64,000 bases of DNA from Leucoraja ocellata (Eukaryota). The DNA is taken from positions 8,060,001 to 8,124,000 of the forward strand of contig JAWMAR010000076.1 of NCBI GenBank assembly GCA_036785375.1, read 5' to 3'. The position numbers and the translations under genes are program-made. The notes beneath the pieces were generated by a model that worked only from the letters and a program-made list of their open reading frames with translations, ran no database searches and was not told where the DNA came from. Positions 63,110 to 64,000 of the stretch are shown here, piece by piece (positions within the stretch are counted from its first letter, which is position 1; each line of letters begins with the position of its first letter).

Positions 63110-64000
63110 CTGTCAGAAGACAAGACAGGAAGACTGAGGAGGGAGAAAGCTGCAGAGAATCTTCTCTCCAGTTACCAGCATGGGTCAGCACCAGCATGGA
63201 GCAAGCATTTTAAACAGAAAAACCCTGGAGCTCTCCATACACATTAATACGGTTGTCAGGGATTATGGGGAGAAGGCAAGAGAAAGGGGCTGGGAGGGAA
63301 AGATCGAACAGCCATGATTGATTAAATGGCAGAGGAGACGCGATGGGCCGAGTGGCCTAATTCTTCTCCTACAACCTATGAACAACAGTACCATGACTGA
63401 ACCTTCACCACACTCACACACAAACACTGCCATGCTCTGAAGGATGACTGGGTGTGACCAAGAAAATGTTGGCCATGCCAACGATACCCATATGCCGCAA
63501 TACAATGGAAATGTAACAACAATGGAGCTGTGTGTATATTATATGCAAACACAGCACAATGACAACACTCACCAGCAGGGGTAATCCTGACTGGTTGCAT
63601 CATGTCCTGGTACGGCAATTCCTATGCACTGGAACGTAGGAGGCTGCAGTGAGGGATGGACTTGGCCCCGTCCATTCCAGGCACTGCACCCCACTCCATC
63701 CAAAACCTCTACAGGAGGCGCTCGTGTAGGCTTGTTCCACTATCCGTGCAACCCTCTCATCTCTCTGCTACTTTCAGGTCAGAGGTGCAAATGCCTGGTC
63801 CCACACCAACAGGTTCAGGAACAGCTACTTTCTAACAGGTTTTGAACCAACCCAAACAACCCTAATCCCACCTCAGCCACAGAACCACAGAACTGCACTA
63901 TCTTAGACCATGTTTTCCTTTGGAATTGTTCAGGAATTACACAAGAAATAGGATCAGGCATTTCCTTATTGACTGTGGAAACTGGCTCAAGGGGAAAGGT

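Overview
Vertebrate genomic DNA, most likely from a cartilaginous fish (skate/ray-like; inferred from the repeat families, not proven). Most of the window is transposable elements: several young CR1 LINE copies, Rex/Babar and L2 fragments, tRNA-SINEs, Penelope remnants with minimal hammerhead cores, a DIRS1 element, a composite non-autonomous Helitron and an ERV pol fragment. Among them I reconstructed by hand one 9-exon, + strand, apparently intact gene (11929-53317, 596 aa). It encodes a signal peptide, four tandem antigen-receptor-like V domains, each with its J-like strand already joined in the germline (no RSS), an uncharged TM segment and a tail with an ITIM (ILYADI) plus an ITSM (TEYAAI). 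This is a non-rearranging multi-VJ inhibitory immune receptor that I cannot assign to a named gene. V2 and V4 are about 95% identical only inside the exon. The open tail frame needs a GC-AG intron. A possible last exon of a convergent gene with a Tyr motif lies near 63.1 kb. There is one 197-N assembly gap.
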